Assembly: GCA_964007735.1 (NCBI GenBank)
Contig: CAXGAI010000004.1
Location: 1-64,000 of the forward strand
Direction of reading: 5' to 3'
Source: an uncultured Rhodopirellula sp.
GTDB lineage: Bacteria; Planctomycetota; Planctomycetia; Pirellulales; Pirellulaceae
DNA: 64,000 nucleotides
Shown here: positions 55,719 through 64,000 of the stretch, piece after piece
Numbering within the stretch: position 1 is the stretch's first letter
How the letters are laid out: each line of letters opens with the position of its first letter
Made by a program: the position numbers and the translations under genes
Notes under the pieces: generated by a model
Seen by the model: only the letters and a program-made list of their open reading frames with translations
What the model was told of the DNA's origin: nothing
Database searches by the model: none

Positions 55719-58094
55719 TCATTGTGGATTGAGCAAATAGCCTAACAGGTCTCTCACTTCGTTTTTGGTAAGTGGATTTAATAATCCTGCCGGCATCAAG
55801 GAAGCTTTGGAGGGTATGACTTCTTCAATATCGGTTTCCGGGATATCGGTTCGAGCAAAAGGCCGAAACGGATCGGTGCGAATGGAATATCTGCCGTTAG
55901 AAAGATTCACGATTTGGCCTGTGATCTGCCGCCCGTCTTTTAGGATGAAAATGTTAGCCTGATACTGATCTGATATAACTTTGCTTGGTTTCACAATATG
56001 CTCCAGTATGACGGGGGCTGAATAACGGCCGGCAATACCATTGAGACTCGGGCCAAGGACTCCACCGGAATTGCCAATGCGATGGCAATTGTCACAACGT
56101 ACCTTTCGAAAGGCTGCTTTTCCGTTAGCAATATCGGCTGTCTTCAGATTGTCGGAGTTAGTCAGAGAGACGAGTTCTTCGAATTCCCATTTTTCGACTA
56201 CCGGTGGCCTTGGGAGATTGTCCTCAACTTCGGGTAAGCCAAGGGTTCGAATGAGAGTTTGCAATTTTTCACTTTGCGCCCGATACTTCCGATAGGCTAC
56301 TGCCCGTAATTCATAAGGATTGATGGCCTGTGTTAACTGTTTTTTTTGACCATCCGTGAAATCATAATTTTCCGTTTTCATCAGTATGGAAAGGAAATGG
56401 AATTGCGTCATCAGAGATTCCGCTTTGGTAATCGAGTCCAGCGTACGTTGGGTAAAACCATCAGGTTGAAACTTGCTAAGAAGTAGAGCCAGCTCTTTAT
56501 TGATATTATTTAACTCCGCGGGGAATAGAGGATTCAAATAGGCCAGTACCTTAGGCTTGTCCGTTTCTGTGGGTAATCCATGCCGTTCAATTAGAATCGA
56601 AAAGACCCTTAAAGTTGCAAGACGCTGTTCATCAGACAGTTCACTCCACTTTAGCGATGTGAGTTTTTGATAAGTCCGTGCTTGAAAACTAGCTGGGGCC
56701 TGCCGGGCCAGCGCGATTAGCCCTTCGAGAAGTGCTGTTTTTTTATGCTCCAAAAAGACGTCCTCCTGCCAGAATTGGAGTGGCTGGTGTTCAAGAGCGG
56801 TTCGCGCGGCATAACGCAAGGTTCGGTCACTGGAGCGGAGTGAGGGTGCCAGAGAATGGTAGTCAATGATTTTTGGATCTCCGTTAAGAGCACTAATTTC
56901 CTGTCTTTGGCGGGCTATCCCGGATATCTCTGGCGGTACCACCAATGGCGTCTGCATTTTATGGGTGATGCGATAGATGTTGGATTGATTCCCCCGACCG
57001 CCCGTCGCAAAATAAAGTGCTCCATCATGGCCCACGACAATATCAGTCACAGCCAATGGGGTCCCACTGGCAAAGAATTCCCACTCTCCGGAATAGGTGG
57101 CGTCATTTTGCTTTAGATGAACAGCGTAAATGCGCCCATAGCTCCAGTCACAGACATAGAATGCGTTTTGATATTTGGCGGGGAAGTGGGTCCGGGTTCC
57201 GAAGATCACACCGGTCGGTGATCCCGGCCCGATTTCCAATGTGGGAGGAAGTGTGTCGGGGTAGTATGGCATTAAGTTGTCAGGACTTTGACGCCAGCCA
57301 TAATCTGCTCCGCTAATCAGGTGATAGACATTTGTCGGGCGATACCAAGGTAATCCCATAAACCCTTCGTTGTCGGAGTCGAATGTGAACAGGTCGCCAT
57401 TCGGATTGAATGCAAGATCATAAGAATTGCGTAATCCCTGGCAGAACAGTTCTCGGTTTCCTCCATCCGGTGAGAAACGTATTACCCAACCCTGTCGAGC
57501 GGGTGTGTTGAAGGAATCCGTTGGCTTGACAGAAGCTGGTAGATTTCGCTGAAGGTCATTGGGAGTCCCCGTACCGTTTCCGGCGATCAGATAAATCCAT
57601 CGGCCAAGAGGCCCTACGACCAAACCGTGAGCACCATGTTCACCCTTTCCGGGGATTGGCACAATTAATTCGGGATCGGCAAACGCCCCTTTTTTATCTG
57701 TGTCTTTGAGCCGATAGACTCCTCGCTCCCCGTCGCCATCCGTTTTGACGACGTAGAGATGCCCGAAGGCATACAGTAGTCCGTGAGCACCGCCAAGTGG
57801 AATCGGGATTTGATGAATGTTGGTCACGCACGGAATTTGATTCAATTCACCAGGAATGATCCTGAACAACTTGTCATTTTGACTGCTGGCAAGAAGATGC
57901 CCCTGATGGTCGACGGTAAGACTGACAATCGAAGCAAGATCTTTGGGAAAGGAGGCAATGATGTCTGCTTTGAAGCCAGATAAGACGTTGACATTTTTTG
58001 CCGTTATAGCGATGTTTTTGGTGGCCGCGGAAGAATTGATTTCAGTCAACGAAAACAGGACTGTGGCGAGCAACAATAATTTAGATCTCAACAT
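55719..58094 (-). CDS. PVC-type heme-binding protein (beta-propeller + HEAT-like + cytochrome c)
   Basis: GEHGAHG, GLRNSYD, DSDNE, GPGSPTG, CDNCH...GPSL and SLMP. Confidence 0.88.
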   Translation of the reverse strand: MLRSKLLLLATVLFSLTEINSSAATKNIAITAKNVNVLSGFKADIIASFPKDLASIVSLTVDHQGHLLASSQNDKLFRIIPGELNQIPCVTNIHQIPIPLGGAHGLLYAFGHLYVVKTDGDGERGVYRLKDTDKKGAFADPELIVPIPGKGEHGAHGLVVGPLGRWIYLIAGNGTGTPNDLQRNLPASVKPTDSFNTPARQGWVIRFSPDGGNRELFCQGLRNSYDLAFNPNGDLFTFDSDNEGFMGLPWYRPTNVYHLISGADYGWRQSPDNLMPYYPDTLPPTLEIGPGSPTGVIFGTRTHFPAKYQNAFYVCDWSYGRIYAVHLKQNDATYSGEWEFFASGTPLAVTDIVVGHDGALYFATGGRGNQSNIYRITHKMQTPLVVPPEISGIARQRQEISALNGDPKIIDYHSLAPSLRSSDRTLRYAARTALEHQPLQFWQEDVFLEHKKTALLEGLIALARQAPASFQARTYQKLTSLKWSELSDEQRLATLRVFSILIERHGLPTETDKPKVLAYLNPLFPAELNNINKELALLLSKFQPDGFTQRTLDSITKAESLMTQFHFLSILMKTENYDFTDGQKKQLTQAINPYELRAVAYRKYRAQSEKLQTLIRTLGLPEVEDNLPRPPVVEKWEFEELVSLTNSDNLKTADIANGKAAFRKVRCDNCHRIGNSGGVLGPSLNGIAGRYSAPVILEHIVKPSKVISDQYQANIFILKDGRQITGQIVNLSNGRYSIRTDPFRPFARTDIPETDIEEVIPSKASLMPAGLLNPLTKNEVRDLLGYLLNPQ

Positions 58095-58103
58095 TCTACG
58101 GCC

Positions 58104-59639
58104 TTACTCAGATTCAATACAAATAAGCTCCCTCAGGGTCCGAGCGTATAGCTGTCCTTGCGAATGTGCAAGACTCGAGAGCGTCCATGTTTTTCCAGCA
58201 GGCCCAAGGTCACTGATAGACACTAGAGATCCGGCATCTAGTTTTTCGCTGTTCCATTTCAGGACATAAACAGTACCGACCATCGTAGGAATATACATAT
58301 ATTGCCCGACGACGGTTGGGCTCGCGGCTGATACATGTCCCCAGCCACTACCCGCATTTCGTTTGTCCTGAGTGGCGAGAAAGCCATCAGCATTCTTCAT
58401 GTCGTTAGGAAGCGTCTTCTGGTGAAGTATCTTAATCTCTTTATTGTGGGTGCTCCTTACGACTTGTAGGGGCACCTGTAAGTATTCCACGGCATCGGTA
58501 TTTAAGTGGATTCGGCCAATGAATCCTGCCTTATGTGAAAGAAAATAGTGGTAATTACCAACAACGATATTTGTTTGATAGGTGATGGCTTTCTTTGCAG
58601 GCTGGAATTGCTGGCCGTCTAATGATTCGTAGTTGGGATAGCCGGATGTGATTCTTACATTGGTGGTCAGGGATACTCGTTTGAGTTCGAGTCCGTTCGC
58701 GGGATCTAACATAATATGATTTTGGCCCACAAAGCCATAGACGCCGTTTTTATTAAAGGTGACATTTTGAGCTGACGGATAACCTTGAATACCACTATCC
58801 CAATCGGTGGAACCATCGCGAGCGTTCACGCGCGATATTCCGAATGGTTCTTCAGGTGGCTGATGCCCACCCCCACGACCTGTCATGATCACAGGTTTAT
58901 TCAATTTCGAATATCCAAACGTTGAAGCAGCATGACAGCCAGTCCCGGTTTCAGCAATCCAATTGATCTTTCCGGTTTTGAGGTCGAATGCGTGCAGGTG
59001 AGTCCAAAACTGCTTGCTACGTCCCAAGGGGTGTGAGCCGCCTTTGGTAGTAGCAGAAATAGGTAGCCCGTCTTTGATCGTTTTTACAATGATGATTTGA
59101 TTTTCGAGGACAAATGGTTCATGTTGTCTGGAATGATGCCGGCCAAAAGGTACCCATTCATAGGTCCACTGTTGATTTCCTTCGTGATCGAACACTGAAA
59201 TACGTCCACCAACATTTACAAATGCAACCACATCTTTTGTAACAATCGCTGAAGCGGCAGTGTTGTCGCTGAAAAGACTGGATAGATCAGTCGTACGTGC
59301 TGCAGGTAACTTTCGTCGCCAAAGTTCTTTTCCGGTTTCAGTATCGAAACAGAGGCCGATTGTGAGAGAGCTCATTTCTGTATCGGTCGTGATTGGCTCG
59401 TGACATTGCACAAAGATCCGGTTGCCATATACGACGGGTGTCCCCTGGCCGGTATTGGGGAGCCTGACGCGCCAACGAATGTTTGTACCACGCGCCCCAC
59501 TGAAGGACTTCGCCGCCTGGCCCGGGACAACATAGTTGTAGTCAGGGCCGCTGGCCTGAGGCCAGTCAGCTTGGGCATCGAACGAACTGAATAGAATGAT
59601 ACAAAGACAGAGAGGTGATTTAGTGATCGTGATGTTCAT
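58104..59639 (-). CDS. PQQ-like (BamB-like) beta-propeller secreted protein
   Basis: ADWPQASGP, NIRWRVRLP..GQGTP, TGKELW and LYART...LICI. ATG start chosen at 59639. Confidence 0.82.
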   Translation of the reverse strand: MNITITKSPLCLCIILFSSFDAQADWPQASGPDYNYVVPGQAAKSFSGARGTNIRWRVRLPNTGQGTPVVYGNRIFVQCHEPITTDTEMSSLTIGLCFDTETGKELWRRKLPAARTTDLSSLFSDNTAASAIVTKDVVAFVNVGGRISVFDHEGNQQWTYEWVPFGRHHSRQHEPFVLENQIIIVKTIKDGLPISATTKGGSHPLGRSKQFWTHLHAFDLKTGKINWIAETGTGCHAASTFGYSKLNKPVIMTGRGGGHQPPEEPFGISRVNARDGSTDWDSGIQGYPSAQNVTFNKNGVYGFVGQNHIMLDPANGLELKRVSLTTNVRITSGYPNYESLDGQQFQPAKKAITYQTNIVVGNYHYFLSHKAGFIGRIHLNTDAVEYLQVPLQVVRSTHNKEIKILHQKTLPNDMKNADGFLATQDKRNAGSGWGHVSAASPTVVGQYMYIPTMVGTVYVLKWNSEKLDAGSLVSISDLGPAGKTWTLSSLAHSQGQLYARTLRELICIESE

Positions 59640-62600
59640 GCATATACATCTTATGTTTCTTGTCGCCTTTGGCCATAACATAGGCGATGAGATCCAGGAT
59701 CTCTTCTCGCGATAACTTATCCAACAGCCCCTTAGGCATCAGCGACACGTCTGATTTTTTCTGAGCGTCAATGTCATCTTTGATAATAACGGTTGCTTTA
59801 TCTTTTGCTAATGGATCAACAACGATATGCAACTCATCGGGTGTTTCTCTGATGACCATTCCGGTCAATTGTTTACCGGATACAAGCAGATATGAAGACG
59901 ATTGATATTTCTCAGCAATCTTCTTCGATGGATCGATAATGGATTCAAGTACATGAGCAGTGTTAAAGAACTTGGGTTCTATCTTTGCCAGCTCAGGTCC
60001 AAAATCCCGTCCCTGATCGCCCAGTTTGTGACAAGAGGCACAACTGGCAACTTTGAATAGTTCCCGGCCTACTTCATAGTTCCGGCCCATTGGTAAGGGG
60101 TTTACATCCGCCAGCAACTCATCGATTTTCCATTCACGACCTCGACGGCTGAGTTTTAGTAGATCATCTTGATATTCCAATTTGTTATCGGCTAAATAAG
60201 CTTCGGGATCCAAATTGTACTGTTCGAGATCAGCCACGACGTACAATGCCCCATACATACGACGCCAGTGTCCCGGGTACGTGCAAACGTAGGGGTAAAT
60301 ACCAGGTTGCTGAGGCGCTTCGAAGATTAATGCTTCAACCTGATTGGTTTGTAACAAAGTGCTACTAAGAAGAACTTTGTTACTTTTAGGAACGTAATGT
60401 CGTGCCATCGCATCAGGGTCGCGGCCTGTCGCTTCCGCCATCTCTCCGATCTCCTGCATCGCACCGGGTATCGTGATGACAAAATTGTGGGGCATGCTGT
60501 CAGTATTTGAAAATCTGAATTCAACCGTCTTGCCAGCCTGGATAGCCACTTGTTCCTTGTCATAAATCATACGATGTGCAACGGTACCGATAGCAATTAC
60601 GCGGACATCCAGATTCTCGAGACGCTTCTCGATGGCTTTCCCCTGGACTGTAGGTAGTTTTCCGGCGACAGCCTTGGTTAAGCTAATGGCTTGAGTTGCA
60701 TTGTCACTCGTACGATAAGCAGTTGGTAGTTCAGTAAGATAGGCAATCAGGTTATCAGCCAGTGGCTGTAGTTGTTGCTCTGGCCACTTGTCAGGAGGGA
60801 TGAGGCTCAGCGCGCTGATCGCTGAAGCACGTTGCCGTCCGGCCTTCAACCGATTAATAAGTGCATCGAACTTCTCTTCCTCATGGCCCGGAATAGAGGC
60901 AAGCGAGTGGATAGCAAAATCGTGTATAGTTTCTGCTGAAGTGACCGAAAGGCGATTGTTAGGTATCGGCTGTTTGTTGATACCTGGACCAGACCATTCA
61001 AATGAGAGAAAGTCCCCGCCGCCGTTGTCAAAGTAAGTTACATCCAGTTTGTGACTGCCTGCCGCTAAGTCGATCGCAGCAGCTTTCAATACAGGGCCAT
61101 GCAGGCCATCGTTATTGATTAACTCAGTATCGTTAAGATACACCCGCGAGCCATCATCAGATGAAATATGAAAGGTGTAGCGGCCAGGTTGGTCGACTCG
61201 AATATAGCCACTGAATTTCAGTGCGAACGCATCAGCTGCTTTTCTCTGAGGCACATCGAACCCGATGTGATCGGCAATTCCACTTTCTTTGGGTGTTAAC
61301 TTGTTCAAATTGTTGATATCTACATTTCCAATCGACGGTTGATAGAAATCGACATGGATGCCCGGTTGTGCAAGTGAAGCTCCGCTTTCCGCTTCCAGCT
61401 GAGTTGGTAAAGAAGAAACAAGAGGCAATACCTTGGAGTACAGCTTGCTTCGTACTTCTGTATCCTGAATAACTGGAATAGCGGAAAGGAAGTCCCGAAG
61501 TTGTTCTTTATTGCGTGTGGCTGCCAGATAGGCGTCATCACCGGTTCCGTCGGCAGCAATCCAGGCGGCAAAGGCATATCGACGAGTATCAGTGGATTGT
61601 CCCTGGACCGCCAGTTTTTCAATAGTGCCGGCATGGGGAGCCAACTGCTCGGCTGGTTGCAATGTAAGCAATTTACCAAGTCCGGTAATCCCGGCCTGGC
61701 TTTGCACATCGCGTTCAGCGAGCAGTTCAACAATCAATGCAGCCGGGGCTGTTCTCTGTAGTTTGGACAAACCAACAATGGCGGTTGAAAGTTGCTGCGT
61801 GTTCGCGTTTTCGCGAGCAATGATGGCCAGATAAACGGCTTTGGTTGGGGTCAGCTTCATCAGGTCCCCGATACTTGCATTTCGAAGTACATAAAGCTGA
61901 GCTGCTTGTGAAAGTGGTTTGTTGTTGGCAATTGCATCGTTGACAATCGCATCAACATTCAGGCTTTTGGTCGCATAAGCGAGTACCGTCGTTAATTCAG
62001 AATCCGTCGGACGCACAGCGACTTCAAAGATAGCTTCCGCAGCAGCCAACCCCTGAAGCTCTACGGCTGCTTTGGCAACTTCAGCCCTTACTAAACCGGA
62101 CTCGTCCTGAGACGCTTTTTTTAGTAGTTCTTCCCAGCTATCAATTTTACCCGCCCAGTGTCCGAGCGTTCGAATTGCGGCGGCGCGATGACGTCCGTCG
62201 GGAGCTGCGAAGACGCGTTGCAGTAGTTTCAGATTGGCTACACGTTGTTCTTCAAAAACCCAGAGACATTCAAGTAATGCCTGCGCCTGGACTGCATCAG
62301 CTGGGTTGAGAGTTTCCGCCCATTTGTCCACGGTAGCTAATGTTGTTTCGGCATCACGGCCACTCAGCTCAAGTCGGGCGCGATATCGAATTCCATTATC
62401 AGGTAAAAGAAAAGATGGGAGGATGTCCTTAACTGGAGCCCCAATCATTTGTGGGTGCTTTACTAAAGCGCGCCCTTCATAAGTGACTCGGTAAATTCGA
62501 CCATGTTGTGCGTCGCGGTTCGGGTCCCGCATGTTGTGCTGCATGTGTCCGATTAAGGCGTTACTCCAGTCGGATACATACAACGCTCCATCTCCCCCCA

Positions 62601-63999
62601 CTTCAATGTCAGAGGGTCGGAATGTGGGGTCTGAGGAATAGAGGATAGGCTCGATTTCTTCTGCCGTGATGTCAGCACCGTTGTATTTGACTTCGTGTTG
62701 CAAGACGCCCTGAAATCCGATCACGTTACAGATCAGGAAATTACCGTTGTTCGCCTCGGGAAAATGACTGCTTGAAAGGATGCCGGTAGCTGCGACTGGT
62801 CGCACTCGCTTCTTAAACCACGGTTTGTTTCCCATCCCTTTACCAATATTGACGTAACTACCGGTTCCACCTGTTCCATCATTAGCGAATTGGAAGCCCC
62901 ATTGATCAAAGACATCACCATGTGGGTTAGGGCCAATCGGGAAGACAAATTCCATTTCAAAGGTGCGAGGGTCAAATCGATAGACTCCAGAGGCGGTTGA
63001 GCGATAAGTCTGCGTTGGTGTTTCCATGTTGGCAACGTTGAAGATCCCACGACTCCAATACAACCCGCCATCGGGTCCGATGACAAATGCATTCGCACTA
63101 TGGTGTGTATCTGCGCTGGAAACGCCCTGCAACATACGAATTTTTTCATCGGCCATCATGTCCCCGTCCGTATCTTTGAGGAACCAAATTTCTGGGGGGG
63201 CGGCAACTAGCATACCCCCTCCCCAAAACTCGATTCCAGTAATACTGTTCAGCTTGTCCGCAAAGACAATACACTCATCAGCCTTTCCATCCGCGTCGTG
63301 GTCGGGAAAGGCAAGGATACGATCAGTCCGTGGCTGTGTTGGATTCCAGTGTGGATAGGATGGCCAAACAGAGGCGTAAAGCACGCCATTGGGATCTACA
63401 CACATTTGGACCGGGTTGATAAGTTCCGGAAATTCAGCTTCGGAAGCAAACAGGTTAACTTTCATTCCCTTAGCGATGGTCATTTTACTAATTGCGTCGG
63501 CCCCTTTCAGATAAGGGTGAACTCCTCCTTCCAGCGATCCGGGTTTGTTGGTTCGGACTGCCAGTTCACCAGGAAGGTTATCATCTTTGACTTTAAAGTC
63601 ATTGCCGTTAGCGTATGCCCAAATCAGCTCGTCGCGGTTGCTGGTCATGACATCGAAGATCTCCATTTCCCGTTTCATCACATCAGCGTTGGACTGGCCG
63701 AACCAGTTCAATGTGGAACGACCACCGTAGACGTTGTACCCGTCGACCACTCGGTAGCGACTAAACCAGTAGTAGTTGCGTTCCAGTACCGCTTTTCGGA
63801 TTCCTTCGACATGTGCCCGCTTCGTCGCTTGGGAGACATTTATGCTAAACAATTTGTCGATGATGACTTTAGCAACGGCATCGGCTCCATGGTCAAGCAG
63901 GTGGATCCCGTTAAGCGTTAATGGTTTGTCAGCCGTTTTGTACAGAGAAATAGAAGGTGTGAAAATGTCGACGAAGTGAACGTTCTTTGCATTGCAAAC
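59620..63999 (-). CDS. PVC-type multidomain redox protein: SGNH-like + beta-propeller + HEAT + PA14 + cupredoxin + cytochrome c (5'-truncated)
   Basis: The frame is open to the window edge (FVDIF...LNGIHL). It carries DTHH, SDDGS...NDGLH (PA14), MPHN...CTYPGHWRRM (type-1 Cu), CASCH and SLMP. Confidence 0.9.
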   Translation of the reverse strand, partial: VCNAKNVHFVDIFTPSISLYKTADKPLTLNGIHLLDHGADAVAKVIIDKLFSINVSQATKRAHVEGIRKAVLERNYYWFSRYRVVDGYNVYGGRSTLNWFGQSNADVMKREMEIFDVMTSNRDELIWAYANGNDFKVKDDNLPGELAVRTNKPGSLEGGVHPYLKGADAISKMTIAKGMKVNLFASEAEFPELINPVQMCVDPNGVLYASVWPSYPHWNPTQPRTDRILAFPDHDADGKADECIVFADKLNSITGIEFWGGGMLVAAPPEIWFLKDTDGDMMADEKIRMLQGVSSADTHHSANAFVIGPDGGLYWSRGIFNVANMETPTQTYRSTASGVYRFDPRTFEMEFVFPIGPNPHGDVFDQWGFQFANDGTGGTGSYVNIGKGMGNKPWFKKRVRPVAATGILSSSHFPEANNGNFLICNVIGFQGVLQHEVKYNGADITAEEIEPILYSSDPTFRPSDIEVGGDGALYVSDWSNALIGHMQHNMRDPNRDAQHGRIYRVTYEGRALVKHPQMIGAPVKDILPSFLLPDNGIRYRARLELSGRDAETTLATVDKWAETLNPADAVQAQALLECLWVFEEQRVANLKLLQRVFAAPDGRHRAAAIRTLGHWAGKIDSWEELLKKASQDESGLVRAEVAKAAVELQGLAAAEAIFEVAVRPTDSELTTVLAYATKSLNVDAIVNDAIANNKPLSQAAQLYVLRNASIGDLMKLTPTKAVYLAIIARENANTQQLSTAIVGLSKLQRTAPAALIVELLAERDVQSQAGITGLGKLLTLQPAEQLAPHAGTIEKLAVQGQSTDTRRYAFAAWIAADGTGDDAYLAATRNKEQLRDFLSAIPVIQDTEVRSKLYSKVLPLVSSLPTQLEAESGASLAQPGIHVDFYQPSIGNVDINNLNKLTPKESGIADHIGFDVPQRKAADAFALKFSGYIRVDQPGRYTFHISSDDGSRVYLNDTELINNDGLHGPVLKAAAIDLAAGSHKLDVTYFDNGGGDFLSFEWSGPGINKQPIPNNRLSVTSAETIHDFAIHSLASIPGHEEEKFDALINRLKAGRQRASAISALSLIPPDKWPEQQLQPLADNLIAYLTELPTAYRTSDNATQAISLTKAVAGKLPTVQGKAIEKRLENLDVRVIAIGTVAHRMIYDKEQVAIQAGKTVEFRFSNTDSMPHNFVITIPGAMQEIGEMAEATGRDPDAMARHYVPKSNKVLLSSTLLQTNQVEALIFEAPQQPGIYPYVCTYPGHWRRMYGALYVVADLEQYNLDPEAYLADNKLEYQDDLLKLSRRGREWKIDELLADVNPLPMGRNYEVGRELFKVASCASCHKLGDQGRDFGPELAKIEPKFFNTAHVLESIIDPSKKIAEKYQSSSYLLVSGKQLTGMVIRETPDELHIVVDPLAKDKATVIIKDDIDAQKKSDVSLMPKGLLDKLSREEILDLIAYVMAKGDKKHKMYMHEHHDH

Positions 64000-64000
64000 T

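Noticed and set aside
63298..63921. 207-aa + strand ORF
   Set aside because: Antisense to the well-supported PVC-type heme protein.
1..64000. CRISPR arrays, rRNA, IS transposases, frameshifted pseudogenes, and Sec read-through at other TGA stops
   Set aside because: None seen by eye. The other TGA-terminated ORFs end at plausible family C-termini without a Cys-motif context.

Overview
A gene-dense 64-kb bacterial chromosome segment, very likely from Planctomycetota (Pirellulales-like). The lineage call is inferred from the DUF1501, DUF1549/1553, DUF1552 and DUF1592 proteins, PVC-type CxxCH heme/beta-propeller proteins and multiple sulfatases. The left edge holds the 3' part of a tyrosine integrase whose reading frame runs antisense into a tRNA-Lys(CTT), so it is the boundary of an integrated element lying mostly outside the window. 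The rest encodes: a GAF/sigma-54 activator, GH88, an alpha/beta hydrolase, an MMPL transporter, AhpC and AhpD split by a TPR lipoprotein, and a 2713-aa polytopic membrane protein with an internal duplication. It also carries a putative sugar-acid cluster (NanA/DHDPS-like, LarA-like, DUF1080, PdxA-like), a desaturase, an FAH-family enzyme, PhoD, an orphan DNA methyltransferase, PEP carboxylase, two arylsulfatases, a heparinase II/III-like giant protein, and a three-gene heme/blue-copper/beta-propeller operon cut by the right edge. The best hidden signal is a secreted redoxin (42374-42967, minus strand). Its apparent TGA stop sits where a C-terminal G-C-x-I cysteine is expected and is followed by a SECIS-like hairpin, so it is a probable unannotated selenoprotein. 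All family calls come from motif recognition by eye; no database searches were run.
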